A stretch of 64,000 nucleotides of DNA from Octopus bimaculoides. Taxonomy: Eukaryota. Below, in pieces: positions 37,863 to 51,740 of the stretch; position 1 is the stretch's first letter, and every line of letters begins with the position of its first letter. Location of the stretch: assembly GCF_001194135.2 (NCBI RefSeq), contig NC_068982.1:37790657-37854656 (forward strand), given 5' to 3'. The notes below the pieces were generated by a model, which saw nothing but the letters and a program-made list of their open reading frames with translations, made no database searches and was not told the origin of the DNA. Both the position numbers and the translations under genes were made by a program.

Positions 37863-40319
37863 GGGAGGGAGGGAGGTAGAAGAGAGAAAGAGAGAAGAAG
37901 ACTGAAATGTGAGAGAAATAAGATAGGACAGATGTTGCAGTCAACACATGCACACACATCACACACATACACTCACAGAGAGAGAGAGAGAGGGAGAGAG
38001 AGAGAGAGAGAGAGGGAGNNNNNNNNNNAGAGAGAGGGAGAGAGAGAGGGAGAGAGAGAGAGAGAGAGAGAACAAAGTACAAAGTACAACCACTGCTGCT
38101 ATGATAGATGTATAGATAGAGAAAAAGGAAGAAAGAAAAAGCTAGGACAGTCACTGCTGCCAGCAGAGAGAGAAAGAAGGAAAATACGAATGCTACTATT
38201 GAGAGATAGATAGAAAGTGAAACAGTAATAAACGAATTGATTAAGTCAATTCAATTTGTCAGACAAAAAAAAAAATAACCCCACAAAACAAAAAAAATGT
38301 TTATATTTATGTGAGTGTTTAGTGCAAGTTGGAAATATGTAATCACTTCCAATAATACATAACACAGTAATACATTGAAATCTTATTTTCCTTCTGGTTT
38401 TGATAACTTCTTTCAATCATAGAATGATCTGTGAACTTAGCAGGCATTGCCAAAGATAATCTGGTATTTTAGACGGCTTGTAAACATTTTGTATTTTCAG
38501 AAAATACAAATCTGAACGGATAATTAATTTCTTTTTGTGTCTATAAATTAATTTTTAGTGACATGGAAATTTATAAAAATACACTTTTATTTTTAATATG
38601 TATTTTAATCTTATTTACTTACTTGTGAATATTCCCAACACAAAATAAGCTTTATAGCATTGCTTTATTTACTTTTTCTGTTGCAGCATCATATTGCCTG
38701 GTTATGCGAGGCTTTCTGAACGTTAATACTTATTGATTTAAATGAATAGGTTTAAGGTTTAAAAGATAGGGCTACATATTCATAACAATAGATCAGACAC
38801 AAAAACATTTCATCAGCATCAAAGGAAATACAGCGTTCAATCAAGTGTAAAACCTGATGATAGACCGAGCAGATGACACATTGTGTCATATGACTGATTG
38901 GAAAGAGCAAATGTCTTATCATGTGACCAATAGGCATGAGAAGAAAACATGGTGTTAAAATATTTATTTGCTCTCTGTTAAAATTCTATGGGTAGTAGCA
39001 CAGTTTTTCACTATGTCAAGGTTATTTACCAAGATTGAACAGACGAAAACATTAAGTTAGGTAGTTTCAGTTATTTTTCACAACTTTATTCAGTTGTCTT
39101 TTATTTTCCTCATGAATTGTTCATTTTGAGAATTTAACTTTGAGACAGCACTACTTACAATTAAATTTGAACTTAACTGAAATGATCCTTTAGGTGGTTG
39201 AGTTAATTTTTACCTGATTTGACACCACCACCTGGCCTCATGGTGTCTTTTGGAGAGAATTCATTCTGTTGCAAGCATTTTGGCTAGGTCTCTCTAGTCA
39301 GAGGATATTCTGATGTGCTCCTGATAGACTGCTACAGAAACACAAAACAATGGTGCTTTCTCCCTTCCCTCAACAATCTAGAACCACTATAAATGATGTG
39401 TTGCCCTTCCTCCTCTGGCTAAATCATAAAGAAAAATTACAAATCATATAGTAAAAAAAAAACCTTATATTTATACTCTTGTTTTTCTTTTCTTTTTTCT
39501 TTTTATCTGAATAACTTTTAATTTCATTACACACACTATGAACATTATTTAGGCATACAGTTACATAAGTTGTTCTCAAATTTTTATTTTTTATTTTTAA
39601 ATAGTTTCAAAAGTCAGAAGTTTGAATGGATTAAAAAGGCTTATCTGAATATCCATTTATAACATCTTAACCTTTCTTAGACATGTAATAATATAATAAT
39701 AAAATATATATTTTAATAATGTGTCTGTCAAGTAGTGAAGCAGTATAGTGACAATAGTTGAAAATCAATGAGCTAAATTTGTAGACAAATATCCAGATTA
39801 AGAAACTAAGAATTCATTTATTTTATTTTTGTTACATATTTGGTACCATTGGTACAAGACATTATTTAACAACCTAATAACCTTAGTTATTAAGGTCAAG
39901 TTCAATATTTTTATAATTTTCTACTTTTAAGAAATGATATCTAAATCATTTTCAAGTTTCATTGCACCTGTCTGAGACAGGTGACTCATAATATTTCATC
40001 AGTAGCACCATTCTTATGTGAGAATCATATTCATCTGCCAATTGGAGTAATATTTTTTCTTTAATCTGATGACTAATGATTAATGTTGATAGCTTAGTTT
40101 TAAAAAAAATTCTAAATTAAATTTAGTAGTATCACATATTGCCTAGGAAACTCACCTTTTCTTTCTTTCTAGGCAAAAAGTATAATACATGGCCTCTGTA
40201 TATGCATAATATATTTGTATATGAAATGTTTAGTTGAGGTTCTACCTTAAAAATCTGTTGTTAGTAGTTATGGAAACTTATTGCATTCAAATAAATTTAA
40301 AAAAAAATTTTGTTAACCC

Positions 40320-40450
40320 TCCAAGGACTCACCAACAAACTACATCTTGCACACAACTGTGTTGTCTCCTCACTCTGTCCATTCTGTGTCTGTAACAATA
40401 GTTTCTGTTTCTCTGAACTAGTTTGTTGCTTGTTATGATCACAAGCATGG
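40320..40450 (+). mobile_element. L2/Daphne-like LINE fragment
   Basis: LHLAHNCVVSSLCPF..NNSFCFSEL resembles LAHRR.VSSL.LFY..YNG.CSSEL. Confidence 0.45.
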
Positions 40451-41234
40451 TTATATGGTCAAAACAATATTTCTTGGATAAAGCGTCTTATTAGACGAAG
40501 ACTGTATGGCAGTCTTATTGCAATCACTGATATCATTTAAAGGAGAACCATATATTTTTAAAGGACATTGCTGGAGAGTTAAGCAGGAACTCATTAATGG
40601 TACAGTTTTGTGGATACCCCAACGTGGATACGTTGCAAGATCCTTCATTGACCAGTTCTGTATGGGCATGGGACATTGGGATGATTTGACAGTATCCCAG
40701 CAAGTTGGCAGTATGGTATGGGTGTTGAGGATTTCTGTAAGGGCTCCAGAGCTATCCCACATAATAAGGGTGAATATGAATGAAGGGTGTGAGCGGAATG
40801 GAATGGCAAAGAGAGAAAATGAATGAGGGTAGCAAGGATCTAGTGGGAAACATTGAAAGAAAATGAGGTGTGGGGAGTCGTAGGGGTAGGCGATGGAGGG
40901 AGAGATGAGAGAGTGTTAAAGTAGCAGAGTAGCTGCTGGGAAGGACATTGAAAGAAAAAGAGGCAGAAAGGGAGTGGTAGATGGCAGTGAGTGAGTAAAT
41001 ATCACAGGTGATAAGTTAAGATTTCTAAATGATAGAGTGATGATTGAAGTGAGTGAGGAGCTGAATGGAGGAAGTAAGGTGGGTATAGGTGGAGTGATGA
41101 AGATGGACTAATATATTCTCACGTATAGGCTTACTGAAGGATGATGAGGGTGGTATGGATGGTGCCATTCATATTTGTAAGGTTTATAGGAGGTGAGGAG
41201 AGAAGAGATGAGGGGTGTGAGTACATTCACTTCA

Positions 41235-41274
<40 letters not shown>

Positions 41275-41424
41275 ATGTGTGTGTGTGTAGGTCTAGGCAT
41301 GGCTGTGTCGTTAAGCAGTTCCCTTTGCAATCGCATGGGTTTGAATTCTGTCCCCTTCTGTGGCACTTCAGAGAGGTATCTTCTTTTATAGCCAAGACCA
41401 AATGATAGCCTGGCTTGTGAAGTG

Positions 41425-42110
41425 GAATTGGTTAATGGTTCCATGTTGGTATGGGTCGGAGAGTTTAACAGGATCCAGTAGATTGAAGAATTGCATTGTA
41501 ATTGCATTGTACTCTAATATCTGCTTTCGCATGATTTCTATGGCTAGATGCCCTTCCTTATGCCAAATGCTTTACAAAGTAAACTGTGTGCTTTTTGTAT
41601 GGCACCAGCACTAGTGAGGTCACCATGTGGCTCACAAGACTAAGATCCCTTTTGATTAAGTAGGACTACAGCAGAGAAAGGTAACTCTGTGCTAGGAGAT
41701 GAGAAGTTAAAGTATGAAAGAAGGGGTCAGGACATAACAGATTTCTTGTTGTAGAGGTGCTATATGGTTGTTCACATTATAGAGGACTGACCAGAATGGA
41801 ACTGGAAAGAGAGACAGATGAGGTGTCAAGATGGACCCAGAAGCTGCAAGGTGAAGAGAAGAAAATGGAGACTAAAAAATAACGAGTGAGGGTGGGTAGT
41901 AGTTGCAAGGGTGTATGGGGAGAGTGAGTGTTTGTTAAAGATAGTGAATTGGTGAATATAATGAAGGACAAGAGTTGTGGACCAGTTGAGAATAGACAGA
42001 GGGAAGGTAGGGCAGACTGGGTAATGACTGTAGAAATTGGGTAGGGTTGAGGAGTGAATGTAGTGAATTAAAGACAACGGTGAAAGGGTGATCAATAATG
42101 CAATAATTTT
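41425..42110 (-). mobile_element. Old RTE family, 3' UTR-only copy
   Basis: RTE tail module plus blocks shared with 48900-49400 and 61130-61600 (ctaagat.., gagaagttaaagtatgaaagaagg, gttgcaag..tatgggagagtgag). Confidence 0.7.
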
Positions 42111-42119
42111 TTTTGAAGC

Positions 42120-42412
42120 TAAGTACTTATTCTATTGGTCTCTTTTGCTGAACCACCAAGTTACAGGGATGTAAACATGCCAACACTGGTTGTTAAGTGG
42201 TGGTGGTGGTGGGGGGGGCAATACACACACACTCATATACACACGAGGGGCTTCTTTCAGTTTCCCTCAACTAAATCCACTCACAAGGCTTTGGTTCGCC
42301 TGGTGCTATAGCAGAAGGCACTTTCCCAGGGTGCTATGCTGTGGGTCTGAATGTGGAATCATGTGATTGGGAAGCAAACTTCTTACCACACAGCCATGCC
42401 TGTGTCTTATGT
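42120..42412 (-). mobile_element. SINE with internal microsatellite, near complete
   Basis: Minus head ggcatggctgtgtggtaagaagtttgcttccc, body gtgagtggatttag..ggaaactgaaagaagcc, short CA tract, 3' half ending gaataagt. Confidence 0.8.
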
Positions 42413-45400
42413 TGAATCCTCCTTTAAAAACATTATTGTTCAAGGTAGTCATATCTATTACTAAGCATGCCTTCTCTATATTTTGTACTATTAACTCTGG
42501 TTGTTTTGTTTTGATTGTCTGGCTAGTGTATACCATAAAACCCTATAACATTGTGGGCTCTTCAAATTCAGTGTCTGGATCTAGATACTGCTCATACTAT
42601 TTTTTTTTTTCCATGTGAAGAGCTCCAAAACTGCTGCAGATCTTTCAGTAGATGTATTAATCAACCTTATGAACCTATCTTTATATTTCAAAGTACCAAA
42701 ATAAGCTGTACCTGGCACGATTTTGCTTATGTTTTACTAAGTAGCCTTTTGCTGCTTTATCTTTATCTGCATATATAAACAGAAAAGATAGGTAAGGGAT
42801 TCCTGATAAACTGTAAAGACAAGAAAATTAGTCAGATCAATCCCAACGCCAAGCTACCCCACAAAATGGCCCCCATGGGCCTAATTTTACTATAAGAGTA
42901 AATACAAATGGATGTAATTCTGTATGTGTATGTGTGTGTATGCATATGTATGTATGTATGTATGTATGAATGTATGTATGTATGCATGCATATATGCATG
43001 CATGCATGAATGTATGTATACACGTGTGTGTGTTTGTATATACATACATACATACATACATACATGTGAGGCTTCTTTTAGTTTCTGTATATTAGAGCCA
43101 TTCACAAGGAACTATGTGGTTGGGAAGCAAACTTTTTATTATACCACCACACCTGCATCTATTTAAGTATATAAAACCTTATGAAGACAGTGTCACAACA
43201 TGGCTAGTCCAAAGTTAAGAAATTTATAGTATGCCAAATTTCTTTCAAGGTCTTTTAATTTTCAAATAATAGGAATTTTGAGAATATAGAAAGTTGAGTG
43301 AACAACTAGCTCAACATGTCATGACCAATTTGCATTGTATCAGTGAGTTTAATGCAGATGCCTATGCAAATAATGCTTTTGAATTTTGACATAAGCAACG
43401 AATTGAATATGTAGCAGTTCCATATTGCAGTTAGTTTTTTTTTTGACACCTGTACATGACTATTGTTTATTTTATTGACCTCACAAGGATCACAAACAAA
43501 GTTTACTGACAGAAAAATTGAAATCAAAATGCTAAAGGGACATAACTAAATATATTTAAAAAAAACAAAAAAAAACATTCCAACGCTTCACCTATCAGTT
43601 AATCTATTAAACTACCTACCTGTACTAATAACTGCACCAATAATGATTATTAATGGTTACAATTTCTGTTTATTAAATATTTTTCAGTTTAATAGTCATA
43701 AGATCTCACTGACAAATCAGCATACTAATAATATTCAAATTTAATTAGAATTTCCTCACTGCCATATTGCTTTTTTAAAAATATTTTATATTTCTTCCCT
43801 AGACCTGTTGTTGAGTGTGACTTCCTGAATATTTTTGTTTCCTTTTTCACATTCTTGTCTACCCATCATACACCAGCTGTCATCATTGAACAACATTGAC
43901 CGTCCCTTGCTTTTAGAATTGTACATCATGTAACAATGAATATGTTAATGGTGATAATATTTATTAAATCCACTGATTTGGTGAATTGAGAAAATTACTG
44001 TCACACCATATATAAATATTTGATTAATTCTAAATTAAATTCTTTTTAATTTCCTTTGCATATGTGAAAAATTCTTTACTAAAAACAAATTCACCAGACC
44101 TCCCATTGTTATTTATCTGATCAATTAATTCTTATCTCCCACTCTTTTGATATTATATACATGTGAAGCACGAGTAATGCTTGTACAACCTTTGATGATA
44201 TCATCACAACCATTACTGCAGCAGATTCCACTGCATTTTGCAGCTTCCTTTTTTCATTCTGCTGCTTAAGTTGGCTTTACATCATTTGATTGATGCTGCT
44301 TGGTAACATTAATATTTGTAGTTGCATTGTTGTTGTGGTTTTAGCGATGGCATTAGCGGTTGCAATGGTGATGGTGACAAAAAAAAAAAAGTGTTTATTT
44401 TAGTGGCATTAGTATTTACAAGACATTTTGACTGATTTTACTCTCCATTTGTTTTATTTTTTTCTTTCAATTTTTAAAGATATCTGCCACTTTAATTTCA
44501 CTACCTTCTTGTATCAATGTCATATGATATTGACTATTTCTGCTAGAAACCAACATTACTGGCTGTAGTTTTACTGCTATCTTTGCCTTGGCAACGGTAG
44601 CATCAGCTTCTTCTGTCTGAGCAGCAAGCCTCCTCTCAATGCAGCACTGATGAAGCTGGCTTTTCAGAGAGCCATGTTGGATGGAGAAAGTGGAAGGCAG
44701 AGAAGGCTACTGATTAGGGCTGGAGGTCAAATATTACATTATGGGATAGCTGAGAATAAATTACTTAGCCTGGTTCATAGTTTATTTTGCTTCCTGACAA
44801 GATATTACAACTATTCTTTTGTTTTCTATTTTGTACTTCCCTCTATAGAGAGAAAATAATCTGACTTATTTTGCATGAAGACAAAAACAAAAAACAAACA
44901 CAAAATCAGAATCATAAAAACAAAACAATTACACTGTTATGCTACAAATAGACTTGGTGTTTTATATTTTTTTCATGTTTAATCTTAACACAAGTGTTTG
45001 CTTGTGTCGTAAACATTTCATTTGGCTTTCAAGGAAAACCAATTGTAGCTATATTCATGTGATCTGTATGTAAAATGACATCCAAATATAATGTATGACA
45101 CAGAGAAACAGAGAATGGGCCGAATGCGGAAGATCCTGTCTGGCCTGAGTGACATTGACTCTCTTGTGGTGACTATTTTACTCTTTTTTTCGCAAAAAAA
45201 AAAAAAAAAAATTTTTTTAATTCCCTAATTCTAGATAAGCATGTTTTGAAAATTTATTTATTTACTTATATACATTGCTCATTATATCTTTCTATTTGGC
45301 TGATTTTTCTGTAAAATGTTTTATAAGTACCAGTTTTATGAATTTTACATAGATTGTCTTAAAGGTCACTACAAGTTGTAGTGCAGATGATGCACCAAAA

Positions 45401-46014
45401 TAATGGTATAGCAGGACATTCCACATGCTGGACTAATTGTTTATATATAAATATAGTAATACCTTAATAGTGAGATGTTATCATAAATAATAAAAGGGGA
45501 TAAATACCACCAAATATCTATTGACAACCTGAGCTCATTGGAATTATACATGTTTGTGAGTGTATTTGTGCTAAAATTTGTTTTTGCTTCTGTGTATGCA
45601 TGTGTGTGTGTGTACACATTTGTGAGCGTGCATGTGTTTGTGTATGTGTGTGAGTGTATGCGCATGTGTGTGATTATATGTGTTATCAAATAATTTATAT
45701 ATGTAAACAAATACTATTTTCAAGAAATAAATATGCTAGCTTTCTCCAAGTCAGCAAAAATTAAGCATTTTATTCCTTTTTGTTAGTATTATATTTAGAT
45801 ACACTTCTTATCTATTAGTATGTTAATTTGATATATAATTTAATACACACACTTGAGCACACATGTGTATAGTGTATATATATGTATATATATATATGCA
45901 TATATATTTACACAATAATTGGTGTGTGCATGTGTGTGTAGGAATGTTTATGTATGTATATATTATATATATATATATATNNNNNNNNNNNNNNNNNNNN
46001 NNNNNNNNNNNNNN

Positions 46015-46063
<49 letters not shown>

Positions 46064-46208
46064 TAGCTGTTCAATGATTAATTGGTTATTTCTACATGTT
46101 TAATCAACTCCCTCTCTAAACCATTAAATATTTACCATCATGTTTGCATTTGTATTTTGTGTTTGCATGTGTCTTTCTGCTCTTGCATACATGTACATAT
46201 GTGTGTTT

Positions 46209-46244
<36 letters not shown>

Positions 46245-46611
46245 ATTGTCAATATTTATGTTTGTGAACATGTTTTTGAAAATTAATGTAAATCACTGGT
46301 TTTATTTTTACTTCTTGATAGATATAAAATATCTTGCTACTTTATACAACTGTGGAGGTCATGAACTTGTTATTTGGTAACTGGCAGTAATGATGTCACA
46401 AATACAGTTCACTAAAAGACTGCTTGCAAAATACTTAAATAAATATATAAAATAATTAATAGGGTGAGAAAGTCAGAAATTTCTATATGTGAGTATTATA
46501 TAGTCACATGAAAAGCAAATTTGTTTTCTTGCCAACAGTACACCAAATCTTAGATTGTGTATAAAAGAATCCATAAAGACTTTTCACAGGTAGTGCTTCC
46601 AAAAAAATAAA

Positions 46612-46792
46612 TGCATTATTTTATTGACCCTGGAGAAGATGAAAGGTGAAGTTGAAATCTTGCTAAGGTTAACTTTGCTTTTTATCGGTCTAGGATCAAT
46701 AAAATATAGTACCAGTCTAGTACTTAGGTTGAATGTATTAGCTAATCCTCTCCCATCAAAAATTACTAGCTTTGTGCCAAATTAGAAAGAAC

Positions 46793-46828
<36 letters not shown>

Positions 46829-47035
46829 GAAGCTGCGAGAATTATTGGCACATTGGACAAAATGCTTAGTAGCATTTTGTCTGTCTTTATTTTCTGAGTT
46901 CAAATTCTGCTGAAGTTGACTTTGCTTTTCAACCTTTTGGGGTCAATAAAATACATACTAGTCGAAAGTGGGGTTGATGTATACCCTCCCCTTATACCCT
47001 CCCCTGAAATTGCTGACCTTGTGCCAAAATTTGAA

Positions 47036-47094
<59 letters not shown>

Positions 47095-47345
47095 CATCAT
47101 TATTATTAAGCTGGGAGAATTGTTGGTACACTGGACAAAATGCTTAGTGGTATTTCATCTGTCTTTATGTTCTGAGTTCAAATTCCACCAAGGTCAACTT
47201 TGCTCTTCATTCTTTTGGGGTCAATAAAATAAGTACTAGTTCTTGACTAGCCTCCTCCCACCAAATTCCAAGCCTTGTGTCTATAGAAGAAAGAATCATT
47301 GTGAAGAAGTATCATTATTACGTTTATTATCTTTTATTATATTAC
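46612..47345 (+). mobile_element. Cluster of three tandem (ATT)n-tailed SINEs plus an inverted fragment
   Basis: Copies at about 46670-46828, 46829-47107 and 47108-47345 share ttggacaaaatgcttag..ctgagttcaaatt..gtcaataaaat. Long ATT runs at 46795-46827 and 47038-47108. Confidence 0.85.
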
Positions 47346-48224
47346 TTTTATTTTAGTATACAAAGTATATTATTTGTTAATCATAGAATAGGGCATTAGC
47401 ATCTGATGTGGAGAAACTGTCTCTAAAAATTTTGAATTCTGATTGCAGTCATTTCACTTTGTTTAAGACAAGTATAGACATCACACAATTTCATTCCTGT
47501 GACCCTATAAATCATGAGTTCTCTGTATATGTAAGAAATTCATATTGTTCAAAGTCAGTGATTCTGCCAATTGTCAAGTATATTCTAAACAACATTGTTT
47601 ACAATATCATTATGACATCATGTTACTGCCATAATTGAATAAATATTCATGGTGTATGCTTGTTTATAGGTCTGTGAGGTTGTGTGTCTTTTTTCTTTTT
47701 TTAGCTCACATTGTAAACATTCAAAGCTATACAATGATCTGAGTTGGGTAATTGAAAGTAGTGAAAAACATAGGTTAGGTTTCTGTATTTATAAATCTAA
47801 AACTCCAAATGCTACAAATGTGCAAATATTAAAAATAATTTCCAGATTAAATTTACAGAAATATTTTATGAGTTATTTCCCTTGAATACACTGACTTGCC
47901 AACTTATTGAGCTCAAGCTAAAGTTTTTCTAATTTTGTGAGATTACATTTAAATATATGAGATTAATGTTTTCTCTCGGGTGCTATTCACCTGTTAATTA
48001 ACACAGCTCAGAGACAGTTCCTTAGCAAAGAAGAGTTACAATTTAGGACATCTTTCAGGCAGTCAATTGCAGGTGGAATGTTAGAGCAGAAACTGAAAAA
48101 TAATGTACATTATTTTTCTGAACTGACATAATGTTAATTATATATAATTATACATTTTTAGCAAAAATCTTTTAATTAACCATTATTCCAGTGTTTTGTT
48201 GTTGTTGTTTAGAATATACTTATT

Positions 48225-48425
48225 GATTGGTGGAATTATTAGAGTGTTGGGCAAAACACTTTGTGGTATTTTAGCTCTTAATGTCCTAAGTTTATTGCCT
48301 GTTGAGGTCAACTTTGCCTTGCATTCTTCCTGGGTGAATAACATAAAGTACCAGTCAAGTACTGATATTGATGTAATTGACTCTTTATTTCTCTATAACT
48401 GCTGGGTTGTACCTAAAAATAGGAT
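48225..48425 (+). mobile_element. SINE of the (ATT)n-tailed family
   Basis: gaggtcaactttgccttgcattc..aaagtaccagtcaagtactg..gatgtaattgac. Confidence 0.6.
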
Positions 48426-48764
48426 CGCCCCCACCCCCACTCACAAAACAAACAAACCTAGAAATACTTGGCTTCTCAGGAAAAGAGTAAAAGAAACTGA
48501 CAGATTCTCCAAATCCAATCTATCAGCAACACAGTGAAGATTTGTAAGACATTCCAAAAATTGTCCATGTGAGGATCTTATGTGAATAGTGGCACTCATT
48601 TGGGTGTATGCATTGGCAGTTCAACCAACACACTGACTCAACCACTTACTTACAAACACCAGGAACTGTCTTAACTCACAAAGTCTTGTTGCTTTGTTAG
48701 TAACTGGTTTGAACTCTCTCAAAAAGAGTTTGAATTAAACTCAAAGAAAAATCACACACACATC

Positions 48765-49497
48765 CATAGCATCATCATGATTTAATGTCTATGTTCCATG
48801 CTAGCATGGCTTGGACAGTTTGTCTGGACTGCATTGTTCTCCTGTATCTGTTCTAGCATGGTTTCTGTGCTTGGAGGCTTTTCCTAATGACAATCATTTT
48901 ACAGAATGTGCTGCCTGTTTTTACCTAATTTCAGCTCTAGTCAAGTTGCCATGTGGCTTGTAAGTCTAAGATCCTCTTCGACTGAGTTGGGTTACTGTAG
49001 AGATGGAAGCAGGTTTATGTTAGGAGATGACAGGTTAAAATTTGAGACAAGGGCCAGAACAGAACAGGTTTCTTGCTGAAAAGGAGTTACATGGCTACAT
49101 ACATTATAGAAATGAGTGTGGGAGTGGTTAGGATGAACATGGAAAGAGAGGTAGAATAGTGTTGATAAAATGTCAGAGTAGACCCTGAAGGCACAAGGTG
49201 AATGCAAGGGGAAGTGGAGTTAGAACAGAAAGTGAGGGTGAATAGAAGTTGCAAGAATATGGGAGAGTGAGAGATAGATAGAAATTGGAAATAGGTGATG
49301 GGGTTAATATAAGAAAGAACAAGTGTTGAGGAATAAGTAGGGAAGGTAGTGAAGAGTAGCTGATAACTGTAGAAATTGGGTAGATTTAAGGGGTGGATGA
49401 AGTGAATGATGCTTATGAATTGGGGGTAGGTAAGGACGTGTAGGGGATGACATACAGTGCAGAAAAAGAGGGGAAGAATCATAATAATGATAGAGGA

Positions 49498-49550
<53 letters not shown>

Positions 49551-51740
49551 ATGTGGTTTTAGGTTGCAAAAGTGTTGGGGGTAGAGGCAGGTTTAGTGAA
49601 TGAGGAGCATCAGAGATATATAATGGTAGAGAAGGTCCAGATGGGTGTTCTGTGTAAAATGTGGTGGAGAGGACTGTATTAAGAATAGAGGATGGATATT
49701 AAGTGAATTGGCTCTGGGTAGCAAGAAAAGTGGTATCAAGGAAAAGTTAGTGAAGAATGCAGTTCTGCTCACAATTAATTACAGCTGCAGAATACAGCAT
49801 TTAAAAAGTTGGTGGGTAGTGGGGGTGTCTTGAAGAAGAAACTGGGAAAAAGAACCCAATTGTGCATGTATATACATATTGTACTTCCAGAATCTCAGTT
49901 TTGCCATGATGGGTGGATCTTGAAAACTGCATTTTTCCAGTCTTCTCAGTCCCTTGTCATCCCTGTGAAGTTCATGGTCCTGAAATCAGCCTACACTACT
50001 TTGTCTCATGTCTTCCTAAGTTTTCCTTCTTCTGTGAGTTCTGTTCACATTAAGTGAATGACACTTCTTTATACAGCTGATCACATTCCATACCAGTGCA
50101 ATCTTTTTCTTACCTACTACATCTGACCAGTTTTTTCTCTCAATACATTTGTACTTTGTTGTTTATACACACTTATACTGCATATTCAATGAATCATGTT
50201 AATTTGATTTCTTTCCAGTCTTCTTAACTCCTCTGCAAATGAGGTTCATGTCTCACTAGCATGCAGCATTGCAATTCTAACACAAGCATCATACAATTTG
50301 CCCTTCACTCTGAGGGAAAAGACCTTTGTTGCCAAACCAGTTGTAGCAGTTTCAATTTTTTCCAAACTGTTCTTATCCTGACTGCTATACTTTCAGAGCA
50401 ACCACCTCTCCTGCTAATAACATCTCCTAAGGTAACAAAAGCTATCAATCACTTCAATTGAGCCATCTGAGCATTTAAAGGAATCAATTTCCAGTGTGCT
50501 ACATAATGCTTCAGTGTACCTGTCACATATAAAGGCTACTTTTTCTGTTAGTCTTCCTGTGATTTCACTACACTTCTTGCGTGTCCATTTGCTGACATTA
50601 GGTACAGTGTACAAAGTTCATACCTTTCTCTTTTCTGCATATCAAATAAGGCTATTTCTTGAAGATACCAGGGTCCTGTCTTCTTTTCTACTTGTTAAAA
50701 TCTCATTCTTTGCTAAGTCTAGAATTTCCTCTCTAATTCCATTATAGGTCATGAGCATATAGAATTCACTTGGACAGCCAGTCTTAAACTCTTCTGTCAT
50801 GGACTATGATGAATAGAAGTGGACTAAGGACTGAACCTTGATAGATTCCTACCTGCAAACTAAATTCATTACTGAAATTATTGTTGACTCTTGCTTACTG
50901 TATCAATACATAACTTTTACAGTCCTTATAGATTTTACATCTACACATAATTTTCTTAGTGATTACTAAATTACTAAATGGACATCTTCTCCAGGTCAAG
51001 AAAATGTCAGGAATAGTGTTTTACTCTTAGCCAAGCATATCTCCTGCAGTTGCCTCACTAGGAAAATTTCATCTATGGTACTCCTTCTGAGCATGAAGTC
51101 AAACTGCATCTGAGTTTGCTTTGTCATCAGTAAATTGTGCTTTAACTTTCTATGAGACCTTCATAACCTGATCCAGTAGTTTGATTCCTCCATAATTTCC
51201 TCTTTCTAAGAGATCTCTTTTGCTGTTCTGGCAGCTGATGATAAAACTACTATGCCAATCATTGGATATGACACCTTGTATAACTTGATTAACTATCAGG
51301 ATGGTAATCATGTATCCTACTTCAAATATTTTATGCATCTATCCCTAATAGACCTACAGTTCTTTTTCCTGCCATGCCCGTAAATGCTTTATCTATGATG
51401 TTACTATTAACTCAAATTACTGTTCCTTCTGTAGGGTTAGTGTGAGGTAGTCCCTCTTTATTTCATGCATTCTCTATATTCAGCAGCCTCTCATAATAGC
51501 CCTTCCATGCTTTCATCATTTTGAATACACTTCTCAACAGTGACATCTTGGTTTTCTCTCATAAGCACTGTCTCACTATCCAAAGCATTTCATACCTCTG
51601 ATCCTCACATTGCATTTCTCTTCTTTCATGCCTTACCCTTAACCTAGTATACCTGTTACCTAGCTGCTCTTCTAGCCATTTCATAGTGCTCTCTACTGTC
51701 ACCTTCCTTCCAAGTCTGATGCACTAACAATTCTGCAGAT
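48765..51740 (-). mobile_element. Old RTE LINE, about 3 kb: RT relic plus about 1.1-kb 3' UTR
   Basis: Minus relic motifs NDW..S.I..C..KRDLLERGNYGGIKLLDQVMKV, QFDFM..RST.D.IF.VRQLQE, QGSVLSPLLF, IDSFCYL. The ORF ends near 49880 and is followed by a UTR ending in the RTE tail at about 48770. Confidence 0.85.

Noticed and set aside
40451-41220. ORFs 40451-40762 and 40506-40826 and the purine-rich block after them
   Set aside because: No recognisable motif in any frame; probably old repeat-derived sequence that I cannot classify.
45040-45170. DRIFRIRPIL (piggyBac-like motif) on minus and RMGRMRKILSGLSDIDSLV on plus
   Set aside because: The flanking residues do not match piggyBac and the plus-strand acceptor is poor; too short to support either call.
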